From assembly GCA_023395735.1 (NCBI GenBank), contig JAEWYI010000026.1, positions 1,403 to 65,402 of the forward strand: a DNA stretch of 64,000 bases. Reading direction: 5' to 3'. The notes beneath the pieces were generated by a model that made no database searches, was not told where the DNA came from, and was given only the letters and a program-made list of their open reading frames with translations. Source of the DNA: Cyanobacteria bacterium OH_SFB_17 (GTDB lineage Bacteria > Cyanobacteriota > Vampirovibrionia > Gastranaerophilales > Gastranaerophilaceae). Positions 44,133-54,113 of the stretch are shown here, in pieces (position 1 is the stretch's first letter; each line of letters opens with the position of its first letter). A program made the position numbers and the translations under genes.

Positions 44133-44371
44133 AACAAGAATGCTCTAATGAAAGGTGAATCGGAGTATCTAGGGTCATTTTCAACTGTAGCCGGTTTAAA
44201 AAACTGATTTATTTTGTGAAAAACATTCTTGTTGATGTTTGTGTCAGTTCTTTTAAACGTAGTGCTATCAGCTGTTTGTACAAAGTTAACATTTTCGTGT
44301 TTAGTGAATGTCACTTTGTTTGAGTGGTTTATATTATATGGGGTAGTAGTTCTTATTGCATTTACTTTCAT
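44129..44371 (-). CDS. hypothetical small protein (80 aa)
   Basis: A perfect RBS aaggaggtaaattATG is present. The 3' end overlaps the ribD stop by 4 nt. Confidence 0.6.
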   Translation of the reverse strand: MKVNAIRTTTPYNINHSNKVTFTKHENVNFVQTADSTTFKRTDTNINKNVFHKINQFFKPATVENDPRYSDSPFIRAFLF

Positions 44372-44699
44372 AATTTACCTCCTTGAGGTTCTCTCTTTTT
44401 ATTAAGTGTTTTTCTTACACTTCATTTACACTTTTATTATGCACTATAAAGTTAATTTTGTCAACCCCTTTGATTAATAATTTTTAAAAAATATTTTTTC
44501 CATATATAACAAGGCTTTTGGGGATAAGTGCCTAAAGTACACTTATTACTAGATTGCATAACTTTTCTATTATTATACGATTACCTGATTGGGGGGTTAA
44601 GTTTTGTTAAAATATTGCTCAGGTGATTAATTGTAAAAATATCATTTATTGCGTTTAATATAATTAAATCTTTTTCATACTTCCAGCTATTCTTAATTC

Positions 44700-44730
44700 C
44701 AACAGGGCCAATAGGCCCTTTTTTTTTGTT
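44700..44730 (+). terminator. orphan plus-strand terminator-like hairpin
   Basis: AGGGCC-AAT-AGGCCCT followed by TTTTTTTTTG. No plus-strand ORF ends nearby. Confidence 0.4.
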
Positions 44731-44760
44731 ATAATTGCGTTTGATGTATATTCTATAGGG

Positions 44761-47700
44761 CTAGTTGTCAAGCGACTTTATATTAACGCCCACTTTATTT
44801 GAAAAATTCTTTTTTATTGTTGTGACTAATTCATTAGAAGAATTTACCCAAAAAATAGATGAAGAAATGATTTTTACCGAATCACCATCATTGGATACTT
44901 TTATAATAACGGGATCGGAGCCTGTGTGTGCAACCAAAATATCTTTTAGCGCTACTAATTCTTCGTACGAAATTTCTTCAAGCAATTCAAGAGTCAAAAT
45001 ATTTGAATTTTCAACAGGTTTTGCAGTTTCCAGCAAAATGCTCACACTTTCTTCATCTCTTCTTGATACTTTGCCTGATATTATAACTTTTTGTTCTGAC
45101 TGAAGATATGTATCATATTCCAAAAGTTTTTTATTAAAGCATACAATTTCAATTTTTCCAGTCAAATCTTCAACTGTTAAAAATTTAATAAATTTGCTAG
45201 GATCTTTTTTTGTCGGAATCTGTTTAACAGATGTTATAAGTCCGCAAATTGTAACCATTTTGTCATTAGGGACTTCCGGAATGTCTGAAATTTTGTGTGT
45301 CATCAAAAAAGGGAGCTTGTCTCTAATGCTTGAAAGCGGGTGGCTTGTGACATAGAAACCCAAAAACTCTTTTTCAAATGATTGAATTTGTTTATCATCA
45401 AATTCTTCATCGCTTCCACCGAGCGTAAACACCGGCGCTGCACAATCAAGACCATCAAACAAGCTGCATTGTCCAAGCGCTTTTGCTTGAGCTTCTTTTG
45501 TTGCTGTTGAAACTATATATTCTAAATTGTCCAGAAGTTGCTTTCGACTCTTTTCAATGTTAGAAAATGCGCCTGCTTTTATTAAACCTTCTAAAACCCT
45601 TTTGTTTGAACATTTTGAGTCAACTCGCGTACAGAAATCATATATTGATTCAAAATCGCCGTTAAGCTCGCGCTCTTGTATAATTGCTTCTACAACGACC
45701 TCGCCAACTTGTTTAATCGATGCCAATCCAAATCTTATGTTGTTTTCATCCGGTGTAAATTCAGAGTATGATTTGTTTATATCAGGAGGAAGGACTTTAA
45801 TTCCGTGTTTGAGCGCTTCTTCGATATAAGCTTGGGTTTTATCCTGATCATTTGCAACACTTGAAAGAAGCGCTGAAAGGTATTCAACAGGATAGTGAGC
45901 TTTAAGATAAGCCGTCTGGTATGCAACAAAAGCATAAGCTGCTGAGTGAGCTCGGTTAAAGCAGTATTCCGCAAATTTTTCAATTTGTTCAAATAATTCT
46001 GCTGCCGCTTTTGCACTCATTCCGTTTTTACCCGAACCCTCAATGAACACATCTTTTTGTTTCGCCATTTCATCAAGCTTCTTTTTACCCATCATACGAC
46101 GAACCATGTCCGCACCGCCAAGCGTATAGCCTGCAAGGGTTTGGAAAATTTGCATGATTTGTTCTTGATAAACAATTGTTCCGTATGTATCTTTTAATAT
46201 AGGTTCTAAAAGTGGGTGAGCATATGTAATTTTTTGTCTGCCGTGTTTTCTTTCCACGAAATCTGAAACCATACCTGATTCCAAAGGCCCAGGTCTAAAT
46301 AATGCAACAAGAGCACCTAAATCCTCAAATACGCTAGGTTTCAAATCTCTAACAAGTTTTTTCATCCCTGAAGATTCAAGTTGGAAAACGCCTGAAGTTT
46401 CGCCTTTTGTCAACATTTTATAAGTTTTTTTGTCGTCAAGCGGAATGTGATTTATGTCGATATCAAGGTTGTGACGTTTTTTAATCAGCTTGATGGTCTT
46501 GCTTATAATTGTAAGATTTCGAAGCCCAAGAAAGTCCATTTTTAACAGACCCAATTTTTCTAAATCAACCATTGGGTATTCTGTTATGATAATTCCTTCT
46601 TTTGAAGGCTGAACAGGTACTATTTCGTTGAGCGGTTTGTGAGAGATAATTACGCCTGCCGCGTGCATGCCGATGTTGTTTTTAATTCCCTCAATGCTTT
46701 TTGCCATATCGACTAGTTTTTTTATCTGTGGATCAGAATCGTAAAGCTGTTTAAGTTCCATTCCGTCTTGAAGAGCATCATCGATTTTGGCTTTTGGTTC
46801 TGCAGGGATTAAAGAAGCGATTTTGTTGCTTTCTGCATAAGGAATATCAAAAACTCTGGCAACTCCTTTTAAAGCAGCACGAGCTGCGAATGTTCCAAAT
46901 GTTATGATTTGGCAAACTTTATCGGCCCCATATTTTTTTGCAACGTAATCGATGACTTCTGAGCGTCTTTCAATACAGAAGTCAATATCGACATCGGGCA
47001 TGCTTATTCTTTCAGGATTCAAAAATCTTTCAAACAACAGATTGTGCTCAATCGGATCAAGCTCTGTTATGTTAAGCACATAAGCAACTATACTTCCTGC
47101 TGCGGAACCTCTTCCCGGACCGACAGGTATGCCGCTTTCTTTTGCGAAATTGATAAAATCCCACGTGATTAAGAAATAAGCTGAAAAACCCATTTGCTCA
47201 ATTACGCCGAGTTCATATTTAACACGTTCTTCAATTTCAGGCGTAATTTCTTTATATTTCGCTTTTAGCCCTTCTCTGACTTTGTATTCCAAGTAGCTTT
47301 CAACGGTGTGTCCTGACGGAACATCGTAATCAGGCAAAGGAGCTCTGCCCATTTCTATGATTACATGGCATTTTTCTGCAATCTCAACAGTATTTGCAAT
47401 CGCTTGTTCAAAAGTTTCGCTATCCAGCCATTTGAAGGCATCTCTTAGTTCTGAAACAGTTTTTACATAAAATTCGTTGTTTGGAAAATGAAAACGGTTT
47501 TCGTCAGTTTTTAAGGCATTTGTTTGTAAACACAAAAGCGTGTCATGCCAGTCTGCGTCTTCTTTTCTTAAGTAGTGGGAGTCGTTTGTTATAACAAGTT
47601 TTATTCCCAATTCTTTTGCAATTCTTATTAAATCAGGGTTAGAACGTTTTTGGATATCCAGTCCATGATCTTGAATTTCAATATAATAGTCTTCTTTGAA

Positions 47701-48189
47701 TAGTTCTTGATATTTTTTTGCTGTTTCTTTGGCTTTTTCGAGTTCTTTGTGGAGAATTAAATCGGCTATTTCGCCCTGAACACAAGCTGATAGACAAATT
47801 AATCCTTCTGAATTCTCTTTTATTAAGTCAAAATTTATTCTTGGTTTGTAATAAAATCCGTCAACGTGTGCTATTGATACAAGTTTTACAAGATTTGCAT
47901 ATCCTTTTTTGTCTTTGGCAAGTAAAACCAAGTGGTTTAACCTTGTTTTTGATGAATTTTTTTCTTTAATATCGCCTTGATAAACATAAAATTCACAGCC
48001 GATAAGTGGTTTTATTCCGTATTCTTTGGCGGTTCTGTAAAAATCAATTGCACCGTACATTACTCCGTGATCGGTAATCGCGGCTGCAGGCATGTTGTTT
48101 TCTTTTGCAAATTCGCACAACTTTTTGAGCTTAATAGCGCCATCAAGCAAAGAGTATTCACTATGTAAATGCAAAGGTACGTACTGCAT
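44761..48189 (-). CDS. dnaE: DNA polymerase III subunit alpha
   Basis: The protein is 1142 aa with a PHP domain start (YVPLHLHSEYSLLDGA), the catalytic PDVDIDF motif and a C-terminal OB-fold region. Confidence 0.95.
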   Translation of the reverse strand: MQYVPLHLHSEYSLLDGAIKLKKLCEFAKENNMPAAAITDHGVMYGAIDFYRTAKEYGIKPLIGCEFYVYQGDIKEKNSSKTRLNHLVLLAKDKKGYANLVKLVSIAHVDGFYYKPRINFDLIKENSEGLICLSACVQGEIADLILHKELEKAKETAKKYQELFKEDYYIEIQDHGLDIQKRSNPDLIRIAKELGIKLVITNDSHYLRKEDADWHDTLLCLQTNALKTDENRFHFPNNEFYVKTVSELRDAFKWLDSETFEQAIANTVEIAEKCHVIIEMGRAPLPDYDVPSGHTVESYLEYKVREGLKAKYKEITPEIEERVKYELGVIEQMGFSAYFLITWDFINFAKESGIPVGPGRGSAAGSIVAYVLNITELDPIEHNLLFERFLNPERISMPDVDIDFCIERRSEVIDYVAKKYGADKVCQIITFGTFAARAALKGVARVFDIPYAESNKIASLIPAEPKAKIDDALQDGMELKQLYDSDPQIKKLVDMAKSIEGIKNNIGMHAAGVIISHKPLNEIVPVQPSKEGIIITEYPMVDLEKLGLLKMDFLGLRNLTIISKTIKLIKKRHNLDIDINHIPLDDKKTYKMLTKGETSGVFQLESSGMKKLVRDLKPSVFEDLGALVALFRPGPLESGMVSDFVERKHGRQKITYAHPLLEPILKDTYGTIVYQEQIMQIFQTLAGYTLGGADMVRRMMGKKKLDEMAKQKDVFIEGSGKNGMSAKAAAELFEQIEKFAEYCFNRAHSAAYAFVAYQTAYLKAHYPVEYLSALLSSVANDQDKTQAYIEEALKHGIKVLPPDINKSYSEFTPDENNIRFGLASIKQVGEVVVEAIIQERELNGDFESIYDFCTRVDSKCSNKRVLEGLIKAGAFSNIEKSRKQLLDNLEYIVSTATKEAQAKALGQCSLFDGLDCAAPVFTLGGSDEEFDDKQIQSFEKEFLGFYVTSHPLSSIRDKLPFLMTHKISDIPEVPNDKMVTICGLITSVKQIPTKKDPSKFIKFLTVEDLTGKIEIVCFNKKLLEYDTYLQSEQKVIISGKVSRRDEESVSILLETAKPVENSNILTLELLEEISYEELVALKDILVAHTGSDPVIIKVSNDGDSVKIISSSIFWVNSSNELVTTIKKNFSNKVGVNIKSLDN

Positions 48190-48234
48190 ATCCCACTTCC
48201 AGTTATAATTTATACAAATTTTATAATATAAATT

Positions 48235-48582
48235 CTATATTATTTCGTTTTTCTCATTCACCTGAACGATTTTAGGAATAATTTCTTCAGATTCTTCAGG
48301 CGTCACAAACGCATAGGTTACTATAATGACTTTGTCTCCGATTTGTGCTTTTCTCGCGGCAGCTCCATTCAAGCAAATTTCTCCTGAGTTCGGTTTGCCT
48401 TTTATTGTGTAAGTCTGAAAACGCTCACCATTGTTGATGTTTAGGATTTCAACTTTTTGTCCTTCTTTTATATTGGCAGCTTTCAGCAATTTTGAATCTA
48501 TTGTAATAGAGCCGACGTAATTAAGGTTCGCATCTGTTACTGTGGCTCTGTGTATTTTTGAATATAAAAACTCTAATAACAT
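48235..48582 (-). CDS. panD: aspartate 1-decarboxylase
   Basis: [21 protein letters not shown] contains the Gly-Ser self-processing site. Confidence 0.95.
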   Translation of the reverse strand: MLLEFLYSKIHRATVTDANLNYVGSITIDSKLLKAANIKEGQKVEILNINNGERFQTYTIKGKPNSGEICLNGAAARKAQIGDKVIIVTYAFVTPEESEEIIPKIVQVNEKNEII

Positions 48583-48814
48583 TTTTCACCTCATCCGTTA
48601 CCATTTTATCAGAAAAAAAGTTAAAAATAAAATATTTTTAAAAACATTGATATCATTGGTTTTTAACTATATTGTTAAAGACAAATATTACAAAAATGTT
48701 ACAAATTAAATAGAAAAATTAAAGATTATCATTAAAATGGTCGATATAAATAGAGTTAGGAAAATGTACAGGGATTGGAAAGACAATCCTGAACAAAATG
48801 GAGGCTCGAAAATT

Positions 48815-49792
48815 ATGGGTTTAGGCGCATCACAAGCAAGATATTTAGGTTTGACAGCAAGACAGTCAAACATTGAATTTCAAGGACAACAAATCAACCA
48901 ACAAAGAACAGTTTTGGCAAACGAATCTTCATCTTACAACGCTCAGTTGTTAAGCATGAATGTTCCAACTGCACCAAATTCAAGCAACTACACAAAAACA
49001 AGTTATACTTTTTCTTCAAATTCATTAACTTGTTCTCTAGCTTCAGGTGGCGTTGTGTATAATGACAAAACAGGGAAATATACTGTTCCTTATACATACA
49101 AAACTACAGAAGATGCAGCAAAATCAGGATCTGCAACTTATTCAAAATTGACATCAACAACAACTGACCCAACAACTGGTCAGCCTGTTACAACTGTTAC
49201 CGGTTATTCTACATCATCAGGGACTAATCTTACTTTAGTAGATGGTTCAGACAAATCTGATGTTTCAAACTTGACATTAATCTTCGGCAGCGATTATGCA
49301 AAAGATGATCAAGGTGATCCTGTTAGCTACTTCAAATACACTTCAAACGGAACCACAAGATATGTTAAGCAGTCTGATTTGGATGAAAAAGCTGATACAG
49401 CAACAAACATGCCTTTCTACTATGTACAAGAAGATGCAACAGTAACTAAAGATGGTAAATTCGAAAATTGTTCAGTTAACTGGAATGATTCAGGCAGAAT
49501 GACAAGCTTCTCAGATTCTGAAGGCAATGAGTATGCATTAAGCACTACAACAACAACAGATGAAAATGCTTACAATGACGCAATGAACCAATACGAATAC
49601 GACAAGGCAGTTTATGATCAACAAATCAATGAAATCAATGCTAAGTTGGATATCGTTCAACAACAAGATAAAACTTTAGAATTGCAACTTAAACAATTAG
49701 ATACTGAACAAGCTGCAGTATCAACAGAAAAAGAAGCAGTAAATAAAGTTATCGAAAAAAATACAGAATCAACTTTTAAAACATTCGCATAA
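48815..49792 (+). CDS. hypothetical protein with conserved helical termini and a Thr/Ser-rich central region
   Basis: ggagg lies 10 nt upstream of the ATG at 48815 (MGLGASQARYLGLTARQSNIEFQGQQINQQR). The ORF-track start at 48737 is an alternative. A terminator follows. Confidence 0.6.
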   Translation: MGLGASQARYLGLTARQSNIEFQGQQINQQRTVLANESSSYNAQLLSMNVPTAPNSSNYTKTSYTFSSNSLTCSLASGGVVYNDKTGKYTVPYTYKTTEDAAKSGSATYSKLTSTTTDPTTGQPVTTVTGYSTSSGTNLTLVDGSDKSDVSNLTLIFGSDYAKDDQGDPVSYFKYTSNGTTRYVKQSDLDEKADTATNMPFYYVQEDATVTKDGKFENCSVNWNDSGRMTSFSDSEGNEYALSTTTTTDENAYNDAMNQYEYDKAVYDQQINEINAKLDIVQQQDKTLELQLKQLDTEQAAVSTEKEAVNKVIEKNTESTFKTFA

Positions 49793-49832
49793 AAATTCCC
49801 CATACCTACAATTAATGATGTACAAATCCATA

Positions 49833-49866
49833 TAGGCCCTTTTCAAAGAAAAGGGCCTTTCTTTTG
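49833..49866 (+). terminator. rho-independent terminator
   Basis: Stem AGGCCCTTTTC / GAAAAGGGCCT followed by TTCTTTT. Confidence 0.8.
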
Positions 49867-49927
49867 TTAAAATTTGCCAAAACAGCATGTTTTTTGTAAA
49901 ATGTTTATGGAATATGGGAGAAGATTT

Positions 49928-51301
49928 ATGACAGATAGACAAAGACCACACGAGCAAGACCCTAGTATAAGAAGGGGCAACTTTAAAGCTGTTGAAGATA
50001 ATTTAACTGCAGAACAAGTGAAATTGGAAGCAAACAGATGTTTGCATTGTAAAAATGCAAGATGCGTTCAGGGGTGCCCTGTAAACATTAACATTCCTGA
50101 ATTTATCGCGGCTTTGAAAGAAGATGATGTTGAAAAAGCCGGCGATATAATTAGAGAAACAAGCTTTTTACCTTCAGTTTGCGGAAGAGTTTGTCCGCAA
50201 GAAAGACAGTGTGAAGGCAAATGTGTTTTAGGAATTAAAGGCCAACCGGTTGCAATCGGAGCATTGGAAAGATATGTTGGAGACAATTCAGAGGCTAAAA
50301 ATCCTGATATTAAATCTAGCGGGAAAAAAGTTGCAGTAGTCGGCTCAGGTTGTGCAGGGATTACAGCCGCTGCTGATTTGAGAAAAGAAGGACATGACGT
50401 TGTAGTTTTTGAAGCTCTTCACAAGCTTGGCGGTGTTTTGAGATACGGAATTCCACCTTTTAGACTTCCAAGAAAATTTTTGGATAGAGAGATTAATACA
50501 TTAAAGACATTGGGCGTTAAATTTAAAACAAACGTCATAGTAGGTAAATCAATAACATTGAAGCAATTAGAAGATGACGGATTTGATGCAGTTTTTATTT
50601 GCTCAGGTGCAGGTCTTCCAAAAATGTTGGGTGTTAACGGTGAAAATTTCAATGGTGTTTATTCGGCAAACGAATTTTTAACCAGAGTCAACCTTATGCA
50701 GGCGCATGAAAAAGACACGCCAACTCCTCTTAAAATCGGAGAAAAAGTTGCGGTTATCGGTGGCGGAAATGTTGCGATGGATGCGGCTAGAACAGCGATT
50801 AGAGTCGGAGCAAAAGAAGTTTACATTGTTTATAGAAGAACAGAAGCTGAGCTTCCTGCTCGTTTAGAAGAAATAAGACATGCCAAAGAAGAAGGAATTG
50901 TATTTAAGCTTCTTCACTCTCCTGTTGAAATACTTGGTGAAGGCGGTTATGTTCAATCAATGAATTTAGAGGTGATGGAACTTGGAGAACCTGATGAAAG
51001 CGGAAGAAGACGTCCTGTTTCAACAGGTGAAATTGTTGAAATGCCTGTCGATACCGTAATTGTTGCATTGGGAACAGGGCCAAATCCAATTATTCAAAAA
51101 TCTGCCGAAGCAGATGGTTTGACATTGGATACAGACAGAAGAGGATATATTGTTGTCGATGCTGATAGCAATCAAACCTCAATACCAATGGTGTTTGCAG
51201 GTGGAGACGTGGCTCCAACCGGTGAATCTAATGCGATTAATGCAATGGGAGCAGGTAAGAGAGCTGCCAAGGCTATTAATGATATGCTTAAAAATAAATA
51301 A
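49928..51301 (+). CDS. gltA: NADPH-dependent glutamate synthase, GltD-like/homotetrameric type
   Basis: The Fe-S motifs CLHCKNARC...GCP and CGRVCP...CEGKC are present, as are the dinucleotide-binding sites VAVVGSGCAG and VAVIGGGNVAMD. I chose the start at MTDRQRPHEQ. Confidence 0.85.
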   Translation: MTDRQRPHEQDPSIRRGNFKAVEDNLTAEQVKLEANRCLHCKNARCVQGCPVNINIPEFIAALKEDDVEKAGDIIRETSFLPSVCGRVCPQERQCEGKCVLGIKGQPVAIGALERYVGDNSEAKNPDIKSSGKKVAVVGSGCAGITAAADLRKEGHDVVVFEALHKLGGVLRYGIPPFRLPRKFLDREINTLKTLGVKFKTNVIVGKSITLKQLEDDGFDAVFICSGAGLPKMLGVNGENFNGVYSANEFLTRVNLMQAHEKDTPTPLKIGEKVAVIGGGNVAMDAARTAIRVGAKEVYIVYRRTEAELPARLEEIRHAKEEGIVFKLLHSPVEILGEGGYVQSMNLEVMELGEPDESGRRRPVSTGEIVEMPVDTVIVALGTGPNPIIQKSAEADGLTLDTDRRGYIVVDADSNQTSIPMVFAGGDVAPTGESNAINAMGAGKRAAKAINDMLKNK

Positions 51302-51319
51302 TATTGAAAGGTAGTGAAA

Positions 51320-52294
51320 ATGCGAGGAAGCGAAAAAGCGGTGATGCAAGCAAAATATAATGCTGCGTATCTACGTAGTTTCGCTTCTTTTCGTTTTCTT
51401 TGCGTTTTTTATCTTGTATTGACTTTTTTATCCATGCCGGTTTTTGCTATGGATTCTTTGCTGGATTTGTCAGTTGATGACGAGATAAGAAGGAATTATA
51501 ACCCGAATAAGCTTGAGGAAGATATTGGCTTGCCTTCTTTGCCTAAAGTTTTGAATGAAAAGGAGTATGTAGCCCCCGCAGTGAATAAAAACCCGACGGT
51601 CCCAACTAGACCAGCAACTCCTGTGAAGTATTCAGAAAAGGCCCAACAGCCTAAAAAGGCCACAGTAAAGACTTCTTATACAAAACCTGCACAAAAGCCT
51701 TCAGGTTTAGCTGGAACAGCAGTTATGCAAAAAGGTACAGTCATAAGGGTAAAGTTGATGAATGACGTTTCTGACAGGACAAGAAGGGGCTCTAAACTAT
51801 CTTTTGTCTCAAGGTATCCGGTGACAACAACTTATTATACAATTCCTTCAGGAACAACATTTACAGGAGAGGTGGTAGCTTCTCACAGACCTCAGTTGAC
51901 CGGAAATGGCGGTTTGATTGTGATTAGAGTTAATGGAGTTATTATAGATGATAAGCTTCATCCGATAAACGCAAAGGTTACAAAAGCCAATTACAAATTT
52001 ATATTTTTCAACAATATTAAAGGGAAAAGACGTTATGTAGCGAGTATGTTCAACTCAATGAAGCCAGGATTCAGGTTTTTTAGAAAAATGTCAGCGATAA
52101 GTTTCGATTTGGCAAGAGATGGCTCAAGCATTTTAGTTTCTCCATTTTCGCTCGCAATAGGGGCTTTGGGTGCTGCCGGTAATGTAATGATTTCTCCAGC
52201 GATTGCTTTATTTTACAAAGGAAACAGTATATATTTGCGCAACGGCAGTGATTTAGAAATCAAGCTGGTAGAAGATATGTTTGTTTTGAAATAA
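51320..52294 (+). CDS. hypothetical secreted/anchored protein with a Pro-rich linker
   Basis: The signal-anchor is FRFLCVFYLVLTFLSMPVFA. The C-terminal roughly 190 aa resemble the C-terminal domain of the SLH protein (my own comparison). Confidence 0.6.
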   Translation: MRGSEKAVMQAKYNAAYLRSFASFRFLCVFYLVLTFLSMPVFAMDSLLDLSVDDEIRRNYNPNKLEEDIGLPSLPKVLNEKEYVAPAVNKNPTVPTRPATPVKYSEKAQQPKKATVKTSYTKPAQKPSGLAGTAVMQKGTVIRVKLMNDVSDRTRRGSKLSFVSRYPVTTTYYTIPSGTTFTGEVVASHRPQLTGNGGLIVIRVNGVIIDDKLHPINAKVTKANYKFIFFNNIKGKRRYVASMFNSMKPGFRFFRKMSAISFDLARDGSSILVSPFSLAIGALGAAGNVMISPAIALFYKGNSIYLRNGSDLEIKLVEDMFVLK

Positions 52295-52313
52295 TTTAAA
52301 TTTTATTAATGCA

Positions 52314-52350
52314 AAATAAAGGCCGCAAACAATGTTTGCGGCCCCATTTT
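52314..52350. terminator. bidirectional terminator
   Basis: Stem GGCCGCAAACA / TGTTTGCGGCC, with an A-run before and a T-run after. Confidence 0.8.
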
Positions 52351-52369
52351 TATGAACTGTACTCAAAAA

Positions 52370-52648
52370 CTATTTTCCGTTAACGATAGTTTTGAATTTT
52401 TTACCAGCTGAGAAAGCAGGAACTGTTTTAGCAGCGATTTTGATTTCTTTACCAGTTTGAGGGTTTCTACCATTTCTAGCAGCTCTCTTACGTGGTTCGA
52501 ATGTACCAAAACCAACCAAAGTTACTTTTTTGCCTTTAGCAACTGTTTTTTGGATTGTATCTACCAAAGCGCCAAGAACTTCGCTTGCGTCTTTTTGAGT
52601 AACTTTAGCTTTTTTTGCAATCTCTTGTACTAATTCTTCTTTGTTCAT
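52370..52648 (-). CDS. hup: HU family DNA-binding protein
   Basis: MNKEELVQEIAKKA ... GFGTFEPRKRAARNGRNPQTGKEIKI matches HU. The RBS is aaagggg. Confidence 0.9.
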   Translation of the reverse strand: MNKEELVQEIAKKAKVTQKDASEVLGALVDTIQKTVAKGKKVTLVGFGTFEPRKRAARNGRNPQTGKEIKIAAKTVPAFSAGKKFKTIVNGK

Positions 52649-52913
52649 AATAATAAACCCCTTTCTTAATGTGTACATAGAATATTATATTGAAACTAAA
52701 CAAAAACGCAAGTCTTTTTACGAAAATTAATATAAATTCACTATTTTCGGGCTATTAGATGCTGTAATCGTATGATAAATCAGACTTTTCGTTGACAATT
52801 GAGCTGTTTTTTGCCTTTATCAGCTCTTATTCAAGGCATGTGGTCAATCATGCTTAACATTATTGTGAAAAGTTCTGTGTTTAAGCTATAATGTTAATAG
52901 ATAGGGGATTCGC

Positions 52914-54113
52914 ATGTTTTTTAAAAAAAATATTTTACAGTTGAAGAAGTTTTTTCAAAAACGGGAAAAATTATCTAATAAAATATATTTTTCAATAAGT
53001 TCAGAAGGTTTCGGCCATTCGTCGAGAGTTATGGCCATTGTAAGCAAGCTAGATAAAAGAAATTATTTGGTAGGCACTTATGATTATGCTTACGAAAGAC
53101 TTAAAGCACAAGGACTTCCGTGTTGCAAAGTCTCTCAGGAACTTAAGTTTGTCGGGCATGACGGTGCTTTTGATGTTGCAAAAACAATTGTAAAAAATCA
53201 GGGTTGGGTTGTTAAATTCAACAAAATGATAGATGAAGAAGTTGAAATTCTTAAAAAATCAGGCGCTTCTTGCGTTGTGGCTGACGGAAGAATGATTCCT
53301 GTCATGGCCGCAGAAAAATTAAAATTACCATGTATTACAATAACAAATCAAAGTGCTTTTTATCCGTTTTTTCAGCAAGACAATTGGTTGATAAAACTGT
53401 TGGGCGTTTCTTTTGATTCTTGGATGAGAATGTATTTTAGCTCGACTGAAGAGATTTTAATTCCTGATTTTGAGCCGCCTTACACTATTTGTTTGCCTAA
53501 CTTGAGTCATAATAGAAAAATAATGAAGCGCACTAGATTTGTCGGTCCTTTGGTTAAGTTTGATGCTGATGAAGTTGAGGCGATAGAAAGAAATAATGAC
53601 AAAACTTATATCGTTGTTTCTTTGGGCGGGCATGCTTACAGAAAGCCTTTATTTGATTGTATAATTGAGGCGGCAAGACTTTTACCTGATGTGGAATTTG
53701 AGTTGTTTACATTTTTTGAGACTGAAAATCCGCCTTCAAACGTTCATTTGCAAGGCATGATTCCTGATATTTCTCCGTACTTAAAGGCTGCTGATATCAT
53801 AATCGCGCAGGCCGGTCATTCAACGGCTATGGAAATTCTTTCATTAGGTAAGCCTTCAATTATTGTTCCTGATTTAAATCAAATTGAACAAGAAAATAAT
53901 GCCTCAAGAATGGCTAAATTAGAGGTTTCTGAGGTTATTGTGCAAGATGAATTGTCTGCCGATAATATGGTTGAATGTATACAAAAAGTAATGAAAGATG
54001 ATAAATATAAGAAAAAAGCTCAATTTTTTGCTACAATGTCAAAAGAGATGAATGCAAAACAGAGAGTTGCAGATATTTTAAGTGAGTATGCAATGAGGTT
54101 ACATAAGTATTAA
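52914..54113 (+). CDS. MurG-like (GT28 C-terminal type) glycosyltransferase
   Basis: The N-terminus has ISSEGFGHSSRV and the C-terminus has AQAGHSTAMEILSLGKPSIIVP...EQENNA. Confidence 0.7.
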   Translation: MFFKKNILQLKKFFQKREKLSNKIYFSISSEGFGHSSRVMAIVSKLDKRNYLVGTYDYAYERLKAQGLPCCKVSQELKFVGHDGAFDVAKTIVKNQGWVVKFNKMIDEEVEILKKSGASCVVADGRMIPVMAAEKLKLPCITITNQSAFYPFFQQDNWLIKLLGVSFDSWMRMYFSSTEEILIPDFEPPYTICLPNLSHNRKIMKRTRFVGPLVKFDADEVEAIERNNDKTYIVVSLGGHAYRKPLFDCIIEAARLLPDVEFELFTFFETENPPSNVHLQGMIPDISPYLKAADIIIAQAGHSTAMEILSLGKPSIIVPDLNQIEQENNASRMAKLEVSEVIVQDELSADNMVECIQKVMKDDKYKKKAQFFATMSKEMNAKQRVADILSEYAMRLHKY

